From NCBI GenBank assembly GCA_004431415.1, contig QPMI01000102.1, positions 1 to 64,000 on the forward strand: 64,000 nt of DNA, in the 5' to 3' direction. Both the position numbers and the translations under genes were made by a program. The notes below the pieces were generated by a model. That model did no database searches and had not been told where the DNA came from. It saw only the letters and a list, made by a program, of their open reading frames with translations. Positions 63,595 to 64,000 of this stretch are shown one piece after another (positions within the stretch are counted from its first letter, which is position 1; the number at the start of each line of letters is the position of its first letter). This DNA is from Cyanophora paradoxa CCMP329. Lineage: Eukaryota; Plantae; Glaucophyta.

Positions 63595-64000
63595 CTAGGC
63601 CTGCCCCCCGTGGCCAGGGCCGGCGCCGCCCCACCGGACGAGGTGCTCGTGGAACCGGCGGGCGAGCTCCTGCCCCACGCGCGCCGTCTCCGCGAGGGGC
63701 GGCCCCCAGACCCCACCGTCGTCGGCTTCCCCCTCCTCCAGCAGAGCCGAGAGGGGCCGCGCGAGCCGCCGCTGCGCGAGCGCCGCGTGGAAGCGGTTGA
63801 GCTTCGAGTACTCGCGGCACTCCTGGCGAAAGCGCTCAGATCAAATTTGAGATTCGAAGCGAGATCAAATGTTCGAAGGAAGTCACCTCCGCTCCGGCGA
63901 CGTACAGCCGCCGCCCCGAGGCCGCCGCCTCCGTCGCCATGTTCACGCTGTCCGCCGTCACCTGTACCCCCGCGGCCCCGTGAGGGGGATACAGCCGCGC
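63595..64000 (-). CDS. ELM1: Mitochondrial fission protein ELM1-like, 3' end only
   Basis: VTADSVNMATEAAASGRRLYV, KLNRFH and PPLAETARVG match the Mito_fiss_Elm1 C-terminus. Confidence 0.75.

Overview
Very GC-rich, intron-dense eukaryotic nuclear DNA, probably an alga or protist. Short introns, micro-exons and many GC-AG donors recall the glaucophyte Cyanophora, but I cannot verify the species. Most ORF-track entries are shadow ORFs; the genes below were rebuilt by joining exons by eye, so boundaries are approximate. Left to right: DALRD3-like gene (partial); F-box gene; RCC1-repeat/LrgAB (PLGG1-like) fusion gene plus an internally deleted inverted copy; two PiT/SLC20 phosphate transporter paralogues enclosing two tail-to-tail non-LTR retrotransposon remnants and a 21-bp minisatellite; a Pro/acidic hypothetical gene; F-box-LRR-ankyrin gene; UTP23; RING-Bbox-Bbox-coiled-coil (TRIM-like) gene; LYR protein; Mpv17/PMP22; ankyrin protein; vWA-like membrane protein; a soluble LRR-TIR gene; a head-to-head inverted pair of large intron-poor genes built from LOTUS/winged-helix-like modules and three copies each of an unrecognised ~210-aa domain; and the 3' end of ELM1. 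The best candidates for new biology are the LRR-TIR gene, the neighbouring repeat-domain gene pair and the RCC1-LrgAB fusion.
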